Assembly (NCBI GenBank): GCA_963708075.1
Contig: OY970194.1
Location: forward strand, 3,552,001-3,616,000
Length of the DNA stretch: 64,000 nucleotides
Reading direction: 5' to 3'
Origin: Sedimentisphaerales bacterium
GTDB taxonomy: Bacteria > Planctomycetota > Phycisphaerae > Sedimentisphaerales > Anaerobacaceae
The notes beneath the pieces were generated by a model that did not search any database, had not been told where the DNA came from, and saw nothing but the letters and a program-made list of their open reading frames with translations. Positions 10,164 to 20,868 of the stretch are shown in pieces; within the stretch, counting starts at the first letter, position 1, and every line of letters starts with the position of its first letter. Made by a program: the position numbers and the translations under genes.

Positions 10164-11628
10164 TTAGTCGGAAATAACACCGATCTGCTTTACCTTATCG
10201 CCTTCCTTGCTTACGGCCGCGATGGCGGTGACTCTCGCCACCCCGCTGACCGCCGTGACCCGGATCGTGAACACGTTGCTCGCCGTCGTGAGGAACTCCT
10301 TGCATTTATCGATGGAATCGGAATATCGAAACGCGCCTTTCTTCACCTCCTCGATATCGGAGAAAGGCTTCTCCTGCCTCAGGCGGATGATCTCGTCGGC
10401 AATCTTGACCGCATTTGCGACGCTGCCGAAGGCCAAGGCGGCTTCCAGGACATTTCTCGGGGCCGTGTTGATATTGACCTGCCTCGTCGTCCAGAGGCTC
10501 AGATACTTCATAGCCGATTCGTTCCGGGTGTCGCTGGCGATACTTGGCCGGCTGAGGAGGTCCGTGTTGACAAACGAGCTGTGGAAGAGTTTGCCAAAAT
10601 CCACGTTCTGCTGTTCCATCTGCTCGGCCGGGGAAGCCACGGTCTTGGTCAGGGTACGGGGTGCGGAAGCCGCAGTACCGGTCCTGCTGGTCGTACCAGC
10701 CGTGCTTGGCGAACGGGTGACCCGGCTGCGCACGCTCGGCGAAGACTCCGCCTTCGTGGTCAGCGGCTTGAATTCGAGCTGATAGGATCGGAACTCCCCG
10801 ATCTTGCCCAGGTCTTCCTGCAAGCCGGTGATTTCGGTCGGCGTGTAACCCATCCACTCGCAGAAGGTCGCAAACCCCGTCTCGGCCAGCGCCTTCCACT
10901 TCTCATCCGTGATGAGCGCCCAGTTCAAAGGATACTTGGCGTTCTCGTCTTCGATCTCGATCTTCACCTTGGCCGAGCCAATCTCGCATTCCAGAGCCGT
11001 GGTGACGAGCGGCCAGGGCGGCCCGTACGGACCCGGAATAGCGAGGGACGCCGCGCCAGTGTCGTTGGCGTCGTTGACGTCATTGGCATCGCTGCCGTAT
11101 TCCACGTCAATGGCTTGCCTCTTCTTCTTGACGCTGCGCTTCGTCTTCGCTTTGGCGTCCCCCTTCTTCTTGGCGCCGGCGTCAGGTTTCGCCTTCTCGT
11201 CGGTAGCTCCGTCGTCCCGGGCATCAGAGTCCAACTCCGCCTGTCCGTCCGGGGCATCGCCATCCGCCGCCTTCGCATTCAGCGCGAACTGGGCCAGGAA
11301 TTTCTGGTATTCGACTTCAGTCATGGCAAAGATATTGGAGAAGTCCGGCTCGTTGGGGCGGCTGATGAGCTGAGGCTCCATGCTGCCGATCGTCGTCATC
11401 GCGTACTTCAACGCCGAGGCGCAGGCGTACCGCGCCTGGCTGTAGTCGATGACGTACTGGTCCCGATGGCGGCGCACCGCCACGCGAGCGGTCAGCGTGT
11501 AACCGAGCGTCGCCAGAATGACCAGGATCACCAGCGTGATCAGCAGGATCACGCCCGGACGATACTTATCGCCCCGTCCGTCCGGATCTCCCGGGCACTG
11601 GCTGAACAGGTTTATAGGGCACTGGCTC
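10164..11628 (-). CDS. gspK: T2SS minor pseudopilin GspK
   Basis: G|VILLITLVILVIL without Glu5, IEDENAK, VNINTAP HhH-like repeat, and SNVFTIRV; start uncertain. Confidence 0.85.
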
Positions 11629-12486
11629 ATTGGTTCTCTGAGGGGTCCGTCCGTCAGGAGTCCGGGATCCCCGCTCACTAGTCTTCTGCAATCCCGGCTG
11701 CCCGGGCTTCTGTGGTACTTTCTCGTCGGTTTCCTCCGGCGTTTGCTCACCGGCCGCTGCGTTGGGATCGTTCACGTCCGTTCCCGCCGCAGCCATCACG
11801 AACCTGATCTTACGCGTCTTGTCGACGGCGATGGTGCGACTGATTTGCTCTTCCTCGTATACCTCCCAGGTGCCCTGCACCGTCTCATGGGGCTGAGCGA
11901 AAGAGATCGTGGCTTTCACGCCCGGCGGCAAGGCCCCTTCCGTCCACTGGTCCACGAGCTCATCCCCCTTGGGGACCTCCAACCGGAAGTATGTCACGCC
12001 GCGGCACAGAGGGACCAGCGGATAGCTCTCCTCCCACGTCTCTCTCTTCGCATCGAGCAGCTTATCTTCCCGATCGATCCCCTCGTGGCCGCGATAGATC
12101 ACCAGGCCGGACGACCCCTCGTAATCATAGCCGGCCCGCCATGTGATCTCTTCAAAGACCTTCTCCTCGTTCTTGCTGTTGCGCATGGTCCGTCGGATCA
12201 CCAGTTGGGCCCGTGCAAAGTTGTGGTCGAGGCCGTTCTTGATCTGGATGGTGACGTCCTGCTGACCGCTCTGAACGCGGTCGAGGTCCTCCGCCAGGCG
12301 CTGCAACACCTCGGTGGCGAGGGCCGGACCTTCGACCCTCCCCAGGATCGCTTCGGCCGCCTGATTCACCCGGCCGTAGACCGTCAGGATCGCCGTCAGG
12401 ACCATCGCCCCGATGACGAGCGCGACGATCATCTCCCCCAGCGAGGAGATCCCCGGTCGATAGTATTGTCTGCATCGTGTCCGCAT
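11566..12486 (-). CDS. gspJ: T2SS minor pseudopilin GspJ-like
   Basis: Pilin-like SLGEMIVALVIGAMVL, RLAEDL, DQW...LPPGVK; located between gspI and gspK. Confidence 0.75.
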   Translation of the reverse strand: MRTRCRQYYRPGISSLGEMIVALVIGAMVLTAILTVYGRVNQAAEAILGRVEGPALATEVLQRLAEDLDRVQSGQQDVTIQIKNGLDHNFARAQLVIRRTMRNSKNEEKVFEEITWRAGYDYEGSSGLVIYRGHEGIDREDKLLDAKRETWEESYPLVPLCRGVTYFRLEVPKGDELVDQWTEGALPPGVKATISFAQPHETVQGTWEVYEEEQISRTIAVDKTRKIRFVMAAAGTDVNDPNAAAGEQTPEETDEKVPQKPGQPGLQKTSERGSRTPDGRTPQRTNEPVPYKPVQPVPGRSGRTGR

Positions 12487-12524
12487 ACGGCACTCAATCC
12501 GTGCGCCCGGCTCCACAGCCGGGA

Positions 12525-13370
12525 CTACTTCTTCTTTTGGCCCTTGAGCAGCTTCATGACATCGCCGACACCCATCTTGTCCAACTGCTCCTGGGGCAGG
12601 CCGGTCAAGGAGTCCTTGCCGTCGGTATCCTGGATCTGATCGGTCCCTTGTCCGCTGTCTTCCGCCTGATCCTTGAGGAATGCGGCGAGATCTTCCATGG
12701 ATTCGACCTGCTGCTGCTTCTCTACGCCGGTCGGCTTGCCGTCGCTTCGCACATACACATCGAGGTTGAACTTGATGAAGGCGCCGTCTTTCATGGTGAC
12801 CAATCCATTCTCCGCCCATTGTTCGATCGTCTCGACATCGACGCCGGCATACTCTGCCGCCTCTTCCGCGGTCGCGAGGAGCTGTTCGGCCGTGAGTTCC
12901 TCAATGCTCTGCGGCTCCCCCCCGAGCTGACCCGCCTGCTGGTCGGTCAGTTCCGTGATCCAGTGCTCCAGCTTGACCGTCTGCTCCTCGCCCGTCGAGT
13001 CGATGTACTCCGCCGAACAGACCGCGCGAATCCACATCTTGCCCGACACCGGCTCGGCAAACGCCTCGACGACCGTCTTCCAGGAGATGTCCGGGTACAA
13101 CTCACTCTGGCCATAGTCCACCATCTCCTCCACCGTACTGGAGGCAAGGACCTTCTCCATGTTCTCTCGGGCCAACTGAAAAGCCTCCATCCGCAGGCCG
13201 GCTTCGGCGGTCGATTCGAGGCACCGGTCGACCACGACCAGCATGCTCGAACTGACCAGGGCCAGGATCGCCAGGGCCGCCATCACCTCAAGCAGAGTGA
13301 AGCCCGACCCGCTGCGTTCCCGCTGCGGCCTGCGTCCTGCGATCATCTTGTCGATCCTTGTACTGTGCAT
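12525..13370 (-). CDS. gspI: T2SS minor pseudopilin GspI-like with C-terminal HTH-like extension
   Basis: Prepilin site G|FTLLEVMAALAIL; extra segment TAEEAAEYAGVDVETIEQWAENGL. Confidence 0.75.
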   Translation of the reverse strand: MHSTRIDKMIAGRRPQRERSGSGFTLLEVMAALAILALVSSSMLVVVDRCLESTAEAGLRMEAFQLARENMEKVLASSTVEEMVDYGQSELYPDISWKTVVEAFAEPVSGKMWIRAVCSAEYIDSTGEEQTVKLEHWITELTDQQAGQLGGEPQSIEELTAEQLLATAEEAAEYAGVDVETIEQWAENGLVTMKDGAFIKFNLDVYVRSDGKPTGVEKQQQVESMEDLAAFLKDQAEDSGQGTDQIQDTDGKDSLTGLPQEQLDKMGVGDVMKLLKGQKKK

Positions 13371-13400
13371 AGGTGTCGGAGACTGCAACGCGCCCACGAG

Positions 13401-14045
13401 TTAAAGAAATGGCACTTCGTCTTTGCCCTTCGGGGTCATCAAGGCGGGATCGCCCTCGACCAGCTCCACGATCGGCGTAATCCTGCTGACCACCACCGCG
13501 TACGATTGCTCACTTTCGTCCAGGAAGACGATCTTTCCGCCGTAGTGCCAGCCGGCATGCCCGACGCGGAACTTGGCTTTGCCCTCGTTGGTGAAGGTGC
13601 TGTCGTCAAACTCCACGTACGCGACCCGGCAGCTTGCCCCGAACTGTCCGTCGAGGATGATTTCCTCGTCGAGCACCTGCGACAGGTCGGAGGAGGTGAT
13701 CTCCCGGAGCAGGAAGGTCTGCTCGCCCAAGTCGATAATCACCTCGTACCTGCGACTGCTCTCGGCGGCCGCCGAGACGGCCATCTGCATGGCGGAAACG
13801 AATTCCTGCACGTCCGCTTTGAACTGGCTGCGCCGCATCGTGCCGAACAGGTTCACCTGTACCAGGACCACGAACAGCGCAAGGATAGAGACAACAAGGA
13901 TCATCTCCACGAGCACGAAGGCCCGCCTGCGCAGGCGGGTAGCCTTGGGCCGGACAGGTACACAGCCGCTCCCGTCGCCACAAATGCGATTACGAATCGG
14001 TGCTGAGCAGGTCCGCATTGTAGTCTTCGCCATCTTCCTCGCCAT
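13401..14045 (-). CDS. gspH: T2SS minor pseudopilin GspH-like
   Basis: RRRA|FVLVEMILVVSIL prepilin site; the true start is probably downstream of 14045. Confidence 0.75.
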   Translation of the reverse strand: MARKMAKTTMRTCSAPIRNRICGDGSGCVPVRPKATRLRRRAFVLVEMILVVSILALFVVLVQVNLFGTMRRSQFKADVQEFVSAMQMAVSAAAESSRRYEVIIDLGEQTFLLREITSSDLSQVLDEEIILDGQFGASCRVAYVEFDDSTFTNEGKAKFRVGHAGWHYGGKIVFLDESEQSYAVVVSRITPIVELVEGDPALMTPKGKDEVPFL

Positions 14046-14430
14046 CGGCTCCGAGACTCTTGATGAGGAATGGCTTGCCGTTGGCCGGGTTCAACTCATA
14101 AATGAAATCGTGTCCCCATGCATCCTGGGGGAGATTCGTCGTCTCCAGATACCCGCCGGCCGGCCAGCTCGCAACATCCGTCGGCTGTTCAAGGAGAGCC
14201 ATCAAGCCTTCATCCTCTGTTGGGAATCGGCCGGTATCCATCTTGAACTGATTGACGGCACTGTGCAGGGCCTTCAAACTGGCCCTGGTGGTAATCACTC
14301 TCGCCTTGTCGGTATGGCCGACGAAGTTTCCCACGACCACGGTGAACAGTAGACCAAGGATGATGAGCACGGCCATCAGCTCGACCATCGTAAAGCCTGC
14401 CCGGGCTCTGCGGTTTCTTTTCTCCTTCAT
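13990..14430 (-). CDS. gspG: T2SS major pseudopilin GspG
   Basis: G|FTMVELMAVLIILG, FKMDTGRFPT..GL.AL, DAWGHDFIY, SLGADG. Confidence 0.95.
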   Translation of the reverse strand: MKEKRNRRARAGFTMVELMAVLIILGLLFTVVVGNFVGHTDKARVITTRASLKALHSAVNQFKMDTGRFPTEDEGLMALLEQPTDVASWPAGGYLETTNLPQDAWGHDFIYELNPANGKPFLIKSLGADGEEDGEDYNADLLSTDS

Positions 14431-14451
14431 AGTTCTTCTTCTCCAAAACGC

Positions 14452-15669
14452 CTAGAACTTGATTGTTGAAATTCTCAGGATGGGCAGAATCGTCGCATAC
14501 GCGATGACGCCGACCACGACCGCCATGAAGATGATGATGAGAGGCTCGACCGCCGCACTGAGACGCTCGATGACGATGTCCGTGGAAGATTCGAGGTTCT
14601 CGCTGATGCTCTTGAGCATGGTCTCGAGCTCACCGCTCTTCTCGCCGACGGAGACCATGTGCGCGATGGCCGGATCGATGACGCCGCTGTCGCGAAGGGG
14701 AGTCGCGATATCGGCGCCGGCCAGGATGCGCTCCCGGGCCTGCTGCACCGCCCGCTTCATCAGGGTGTTGCCCGTCGTTTCCGAGACCACCCGCAGCGAC
14801 TCGGCCATGGACAGTCCCGAGCCGATCAGCGTGGACAGTGTCGAGGCGAACCGGGCGACGACGCGCTGCTTGATCAGCGGACCGAACACCGGCAGGGAAA
14901 GCAGGAACTTGTCCCTCAGGTAGGCCCCCCGCTCCGTCTTGAAGAACCGCCGCGCCACGAAGACGAGCAATGCGATCGCCCCGAGCAGGACGAACACCCG
15001 CCAGCTCGTCAGCACGTGGCTGAAATTCATCAACTGCTTCGTGATCCACGGCAGCTCCTGCCCCGTCCGCACGATCTGCTCACCGATCTTCGGAATCACC
15101 TTGGTCGTCAGGATCAGCACGGCGAACAGGCAGAACACGACCAGGACGATGGGATAGATCATCGCCGTCAGGATTTTGGCCTCGACGCGCTGTCGCTTCT
15201 CCATGAAGGCGGCGATGGTTTTCAGGCTGCCGCCCAGCGTGCCGGTGACCTCGCCGACCCGGACCATGGCCACATAGATGACGTCGAAGTAGTTGTCGTA
15301 ATCCTTCAACGCGTCCGTGAGGGACTCGCCCGTCACGACGCGGTCGCGAACCTCCGTCAGGGCGTTGCGAAATCGGGGTTCCGAGCTTTGCATCATCAGC
15401 ACGGAAAGGGCCTCCGTCAGCTTGATGCCGGAGTTCAGCAGCGTGGCTAATTGCTTGGTGAAGTCGGTGAGTTGGCTCTTGCTCCTCTTGCGCAGGAAGG
15501 AGAACAGGGCGCGCTTGCTCTCGACGGCGGAAGTCACCTCGGTGACGGAGGACGGATGGATGTTGCGCATCCGCAACTGTTTTCGCGCCGCGAAGGGGCT
15601 CTCGGCGGTGACCGATCCCTTGGTCTTCTTGCCGCCCGTGGTTATCGCCGTGTATTCATACCTCGGCAT
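14452..15669 (-). CDS. gspF: T2SS inner membrane platform protein GspF
   Basis: FTKQLATLLNSGI, VGEVTGTL, AMIYP, VGEKSGEL, VEPLII. Confidence 0.95.
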   Translation of the reverse strand: MPRYEYTAITTGGKKTKGSVTAESPFAARKQLRMRNIHPSSVTEVTSAVESKRALFSFLRKRSKSQLTDFTKQLATLLNSGIKLTEALSVLMMQSSEPRFRNALTEVRDRVVTGESLTDALKDYDNYFDVIYVAMVRVGEVTGTLGGSLKTIAAFMEKRQRVEAKILTAMIYPIVLVVFCLFAVLILTTKVIPKIGEQIVRTGQELPWITKQLMNFSHVLTSWRVFVLLGAIALLVFVARRFFKTERGAYLRDKFLLSLPVFGPLIKQRVVARFASTLSTLIGSGLSMAESLRVVSETTGNTLMKRAVQQARERILAGADIATPLRDSGVIDPAIAHMVSVGEKSGELETMLKSISENLESSTDIVIERLSAAVEPLIIIFMAVVVGVIAYATILPILRISTIKF

Positions 15670-15684
15670 AATCCGTTCCCATCC

Positions 15685-17391
15685 TTACGTGACATCCGCC
15701 TGAGTCACCCTCAGAACCTCGGCCACCGTGGTGATGCCCGCGAGGACCTTGCGGGCCCCGTCCATTCGCAGGGTCTGCATGCCCGCCTGGAGGGCGAGTC
15801 TCTTGATCGATCCGGCGGTAGCCCTCTGGTAGATAAGCTCCTGGATCTCATCATTGACGAGCATCAGCTCATAGATACCGGTCCGGCCGCGATAGCCCGT
15901 CTGGAAGCACCGCTCACAGCCTGCTCCCACGTAGAACTTGGCGTCCCCGTTCTGCTCCGGGGTGCCCAGGCCAAGCTCGCTGATCTCCTGGGCCGTGGGG
16001 GTCGACGGCTGCCGGCAATCCGGACAGACTCTTCGCACGAGCCGCTGTGCCATAATAGCAATCAGCGACGAACTGGCAAGATACGGCTCGACGCCCAGGT
16101 CCAGCAATCGGCTGACCGCGCCGGCCGAGTCGTTCGTGTGCAGCGTGCTGAAGACCAGGTGGCCCGTCAGGGACGACTGGATCGCCATGCGGGCCGTCTC
16201 GACGTCGCGGACCTCGCCGACCATGATCACGTCGGGGTCCTGACGCAACACGTGCCGCAGGGAGGTCGCGAAGGTCATGCCCTTCTTGCTGGCCACCTGA
16301 ATCTGGCTGATCCCCGTAAGCTGGTACTCGATGGGGTCCTCGATCGTGATGACGTTCTTCTCCGCCGAGTTGATCCGGTTGAGGCAGGCATAGAGTGTGG
16401 TGCTCTTGCCGCTGCCGGTGGGTCCCGTGACGAAGATCACGCCGTGTGCGCGATTCAGCAGGGAATCGAGTCTCCCCAGGTCATCCGCCCACAGGCCCAG
16501 CTCGCCCAGGGCGAACACGCCGGTGCTTTTGTCCAGGATACGCAGCACGCAGCGTTCGCCGAAGCTGGTCGGGACGGTGCTCACGCGTAAGTCCACCTCC
16601 CGCTGGCCGAGCCGAACGCTGGAGCGGCCGTCCTGCGGCAACCGCCGCTCCGCAATGTCCATGCCCGCCATGACCTTGATACGCGAAATGATCAGGGGAA
16701 GAACATTTCGATTCAAGCTCAACACGTCGTACAGGATGCCGTCGACGCGGTAGCGGATCTGGATCTTCGACTCATACGGATGGACGTGGATGTCACTCGC
16801 TCTCATTTGCAGCGCGCGAAAGAGGATGTCATTGCAAAGCCGGATGACGGGCGGCCGGTTCACAACGTCCAGCAGATCGTCCGAGGCGGCCACCTCGTCG
16901 ACCAACTGGTCGAGGTTCTGCGAGTCCAGCTCCTCGGCGACCTCTTCAATGACGGTGCTTCGCTGCTGGTAGGCGGTATCGATGACGGCCGTGATCGCGG
17001 CCCGCGTAGAAAGCGCGGGCGAGACCGGCATGCGGGTCATTTTTGAGACGTTGTCCAGGATATTCGTATCCAGCGGCCGCGACAGGACCACCGTCAGCTC
17101 GCCGTTGTCCTGCTCGGACTTGACGCCGATCAGGTAATGATGCTGAGCATACACGGCCGGGACGGCCTGAACGAACTCTCGGGGGACCGCCTGGTCGGAA
17201 ATCTCCGTCAGATACTCCCAGCCGAGCGCCTCGGCAAACAACTTGAGGACCACGTCTTCCGTGAAATAGGGACACGCGAGCAGAACCTCATCGAGTCGGC
17301 CCCGGCCCTGGCTCTCCTCGATGACCTTGGCCAGACGCTCGGCGTTGACCAGCCCTGTTCTCTTCGCCGTCTGTATCAGCAAGTCCTTCAT
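15685..17391 (-). CDS. gspE: T2SS ATPase GspE
   Basis: ASDIH, RLPQDGR, Walker A GPTGSGKST, RQDPDVIMVGEVRD, TLHTND, and a tetracysteine motif. Confidence 0.97.
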   Translation of the reverse strand: MKDLLIQTAKRTGLVNAERLAKVIEESQGRGRLDEVLLACPYFTEDVVLKLFAEALGWEYLTEISDQAVPREFVQAVPAVYAQHHYLIGVKSEQDNGELTVVLSRPLDTNILDNVSKMTRMPVSPALSTRAAITAVIDTAYQQRSTVIEEVAEELDSQNLDQLVDEVAASDDLLDVVNRPPVIRLCNDILFRALQMRASDIHVHPYESKIQIRYRVDGILYDVLSLNRNVLPLIISRIKVMAGMDIAERRLPQDGRSSVRLGQREVDLRVSTVPTSFGERCVLRILDKSTGVFALGELGLWADDLGRLDSLLNRAHGVIFVTGPTGSGKSTTLYACLNRINSAEKNVITIEDPIEYQLTGISQIQVASKKGMTFATSLRHVLRQDPDVIMVGEVRDVETARMAIQSSLTGHLVFSTLHTNDSAGAVSRLLDLGVEPYLASSSLIAIMAQRLVRRVCPDCRQPSTPTAQEISELGLGTPEQNGDAKFYVGAGCERCFQTGYRGRTGIYELMLVNDEIQELIYQRATAGSIKRLALQAGMQTLRMDGARKVLAGITTVAEVLRVTQADVT

Positions 17392-17421
17392 ATCACCCGC
17401 TTCTTCCTATAGCACGGCACA

Positions 17422-20400
17422 TCAGTCGGCGTCAAGCACCTTCGGCGGACTGACCGGCTTGGGTTTTATGCCCGGCCAGCTCTGATAGTTCTGGAACTCC
17501 AGCTCATGCCGCTCAAACGCCGTCCGGTTGACTTCCGAGATCTTCTGGAGGTCCTCCATGCCATCGTCATGCGTTCCTGCCGGCCGGATGATCTCCGCCT
17601 TTACGAACACATACAGCTTCCTCTCGTCATTCAAGTCCTTGATACTTCTGAACAAACCACCAATGAGCGGGATATCCCCCAATATCGGCACTTTCCCTCC
17701 GTTCTTGTTCTGATTCAACCTTAACATCCCGCCCAGGATGATCGTGCTCCCATCAGGCACGGTCACGGCGGTCTTGACCTCGCTTGTCATGGTCTTCGGC
17801 GGCTTCGCGCTGCCCTCGTCTGCGGGATCGAAATCAGACCGCTTCAATTCAACAACCAGACGAAGGAGTTCGCCCTCGCTGATGTGGGGCGTGATATTCA
17901 TTTCAATAGCCGCCTCGTAGGGTTCGAAATCGAACGCGCTTGTGACGAAATCCTGTCCGGTGGTCGGTGCTGTAGGGCTTTGGAGCTGCGTTTTCTTCTC
18001 GACGTACCTGGTTTCGCCGGTCTTGATCGTACCTGGCTCATTGTCATTGACCAACAACTTGGGTTTGGCCAGGACTCGCCCGTAGCCCTTTGACTGCACA
18101 GCGGTCAACAGCGCACTGATATGCTTGTCCGCATAGTACCCTCTGAACTGCTGTTTGTTGTTGGCCAATTTTTCAGATGAGAAATCGGCGAAATGTTCGC
18201 TGGGGTCTGCCTGGAGCGTGCTAAGGACATTCCCAGGCACCGCGGCAACCTGGCCTGAGGGGCTAAGCAGGTTCGGAATGCCCTCAATCAGCTTCAAGTC
18301 GTAATCGAAGGAGTCATTCTTGGTGACTTCCACGAGGGTCACATCGATCAGGACCTGCGGCCGTCGCTTGTCCAACTGCTTGATCAGGCTGGAGATCCAC
18401 TCCTGGTTCTTCTTGCTCGCATACACGACCAGCGAATACGTATTCGGGTCGGGGACGATCTTGACCCTCTCGTCCCTGCCGACGACGGTCTTCTCGATCT
18501 TGCCTTCCTTGTTCTGCTGTTCGATCGTCTCCTGGATCAGGCTTTCAAAGACCTCGGCCAGATGGCCCGGCGTGGAGTTTTCGAGCGGGTAGATCTTGTA
18601 CGGCATCTCGTCCACGTCCATTTCGCTGTCGACGTACTCGATGATGCTGGCAATGGTCGCGTGCTGCTCGGCCGTCGCGTTCACCAGCAGCGAGTTGGTG
18701 GACTCGACGACAACAACCTGCGGCTCGCCGACGATGCCGCCCTCCGTGACCTCGGCGATCATCGGGACCTCCGGGGTCGGCGTCGCCGGCCGAGGCTGGG
18801 TCGCCGTCGGGGTCGGTATCCGCGACGAACCGGTGATTCGCCCGGGCGCGGTCGATTCGGGCACCTTGCTGATGATCCCCAGCTCCTGGAGCTTGCGGGC
18901 CACTTCATCGGCATCCACGTGGAGGATTCGGTACAACTCCAGGCTGCGCAGATCCTGCTGTTCGACATCCAGCGTATCCACCAGTTTCTCGACGATGTTC
19001 AATTGCTCCTCGACACCGATCATGAGAATCCGGTTGGTTCGCTCGTCGGCATCGAGGTAGACGCCGGGTTTGGGCTCGGTGGGCATGCCGGGCTGACGAG
19101 AGCGAACTGCCGCTTGGGCTTCTGCCGTCTTGATCCGCACCAATCTGGCGCGCCACGCCGCCTCCGACTCGCCCGGAAGCCTCGCCGCCGCCGCAGAAGC
19201 GGTGGAGCCGGTCACATCCCCGCCAACGGTCACGGTAACGCTCTGCAACTGCTCCGCCAGAGCCTTGACCTTCTCCGCCAGTGACTGGGCCATCGTGTAT
19301 CGCAACTGCCGGAACTTGAACTGCCTCGGAGCGCCGGGCTTGTCCACCATGTCCAGAAGATGCTCGATGCGGGCCATGCGGTGAGAGTAAGCGGTGATGA
19401 TCACCGTCCCGCTTTCCGCCATGGAGCTCACGCCTACGGACAGGCCCATCTGCTGCAGCAGGTTCTCCACACTCGCCGTATCGATGTGTTTCAGAGAAAA
19501 GACACGAGTGACGACGGTGTCACCGGCCTCGACGACCCGCGATTCGGGGGTCACGATCTCCGGATCAATGGTCATGACATCCGTCTTCGGGACGATCTGT
19601 ACGACGTTGCCGTTGTGCCGGGTCATGACCAGGTCCTTGAACTGGAGCACCGACTCCAACAGGAGGTACAAGTCCTTGACTTTCATCGATCCCTGGAGGT
19701 TTCCGTTGAGTTTCAGGGTTACCTCGCCCGTGACCTTCGCGGGATCGTAGACATAGCTGAGATTCAGATACTTGCCCACCAAGTCCAATAGTTGAATGAC
19801 GGGCAGTCGCTCGGGCAGAGTCAGTTTGATTTCCTGATCGCCGTTGGGGAACGCGGCCGGCTCATAGCTGGACGCATCCACGGCGGCCCGTACAGGTGTC
19901 GGCGACTCAGCTTTGAGAGTCTTGCTTTCAGCTTCCTTTTCGGGCGTGGGGATTGGCTGCAGCTCAGGCGGCACAACCTGTCCCGGCTGAAGAGTCACCG
20001 GCTCGCTCGCCAGGGGCTTCGGAGCCGTCTGGAGCTCAGGCGCAACACCCTGGGGAGGCGCGCCGGCCGTCGCCAGCCCGGCAAGCTCGTTCGAATCAAC
20101 CGTTTCACCTTCAGCCTGGCCGAGAGACGAGGCACTGCTTACCGGCGCCGGCTCGGGAGCCGCGGCGGGCACAGGTTGGATGACCGCTTGTGAGGCAAGG
20201 GCTTGCTGGGTCGGCGTCTTGTCCGCCTGTGCAACCGTCTTTACGGCAGATGGCGGCGCCATGTCCGTCACCTGCGGCGTGGGGGCTGCCACGCCGGCTT
20301 GCGCGTGGCGTGTTCCTTCCTTTCGCTGCTTCAGGACCTCCGGCCCCAACTCTACGGCCAGCTTAATGTCCTGAAGTTGAAAGACCGGAGCCACGGCCAC

Positions 20401-20868
20401 AACGGCGCCGTCATGCACGTCAATGAGCACCTTGACTTTCTCTATGCCGACAGGAGGACGCGCGAATGTCCCAACGGTGATACCGCCCACCGCGTCGGAA
20501 ATCCGGTCACTGGTCGGCAGCGTACTCGCAGAGTTCGCCTGTCCAAGCCGCGCAACGTCATACTGCTGGGGCGCATCGACGAGGGCCAGGATCACGAGGG
20601 CCTTGCGAAGCGTACCGGCCTCGCCGGTGATCAGCAGGGAGTTCGTGCCCGGCATGCGGTTGGCCGTCCCCATTTTGAGCTTGGTCAGCAGTTCCCTGGC
20701 CCGCTCCGGCGTAATGTGCGACAGGGTGACCATCTTGTGGTCCAACGCGCCTGAGGGGACGCTCCAATCGAGGGCGAGGAGAGGTCCGCTGATGCAAAAG
20801 AGAATGGCAAGCAGAATTACAGCAAGCGCTCTGCGGCGCTTTTCTTGAGACAAATGCCGTTCCGTCAT
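17422..20868 (-). CDS. gspD: T2SS secretin GspD with long N-terminal extension
   Basis: Signal peptide, repeated Secretin_N domains, RPQVLIDVTLVEV, VLAKPKLL, VPDGSTIILGG, KVPILGDIPLIGGLF. Confidence 0.93.
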   Translation of the reverse strand: MTERHLSQEKRRRALAVILLAILFCISGPLLALDWSVPSGALDHKMVTLSHITPERARELLTKLKMGTANRMPGTNSLLITGEAGTLRKALVILALVDAPQQYDVARLGQANSASTLPTSDRISDAVGGITVGTFARPPVGIEKVKVLIDVHDGAVVAVAPVFQLQDIKLAVELGPEVLKQRKEGTRHAQAGVAAPTPQVTDMAPPSAVKTVAQADKTPTQQALASQAVIQPVPAAAPEPAPVSSASSLGQAEGETVDSNELAGLATAGAPPQGVAPELQTAPKPLASEPVTLQPGQVVPPELQPIPTPEKEAESKTLKAESPTPVRAAVDASSYEPAAFPNGDQEIKLTLPERLPVIQLLDLVGKYLNLSYVYDPAKVTGEVTLKLNGNLQGSMKVKDLYLLLESVLQFKDLVMTRHNGNVVQIVPKTDVMTIDPEIVTPESRVVEAGDTVVTRVFSLKHIDTASVENLLQQMGLSVGVSSMAESGTVIITAYSHRMARIEHLLDMVDKPGAPRQFKFRQLRYTMAQSLAEKVKALAEQLQSVTVTVGGDVTGSTASAAAARLPGESEAAWRARLVRIKTAEAQAAVRSRQPGMPTEPKPGVYLDADERTNRILMIGVEEQLNIVEKLVDTLDVEQQDLRSLELYRILHVDADEVARKLQELGIISKVPESTAPGRITGSSRIPTPTATQPRPATPTPEVPMIAEVTEGGIVGEPQVVVVESTNSLLVNATAEQHATIASIIEYVDSEMDVDEMPYKIYPLENSTPGHLAEVFESLIQETIEQQNKEGKIEKTVVGRDERVKIVPDPNTYSLVVYASKKNQEWISSLIKQLDKRRPQVLIDVTLVEVTKNDSFDYDLKLIEGIPNLLSPSGQVAAVPGNVLSTLQADPSEHFADFSSEKLANNKQQFRGYYADKHISALLTAVQSKGYGRVLAKPKLLVNDNEPGTIKTGETRYVEKKTQLQSPTAPTTGQDFVTSAFDFEPYEAAIEMNITPHISEGELLRLVVELKRSDFDPADEGSAKPPKTMTSEVKTAVTVPDGSTIILGGMLRLNQNKNGGKVPILGDIPLIGGLFRSIKDLNDERKLYVFVKAEIIRPAGTHDDGMEDLQKISEVNRTAFERHELEFQNYQSWPGIKPKPVSPPKVLDAD

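Noticed and set aside
10330..10480. ComEA-like HhH motif in GspK as evidence of DNA uptake
   Set aside because: This motif is a normal part of GspK proteins.
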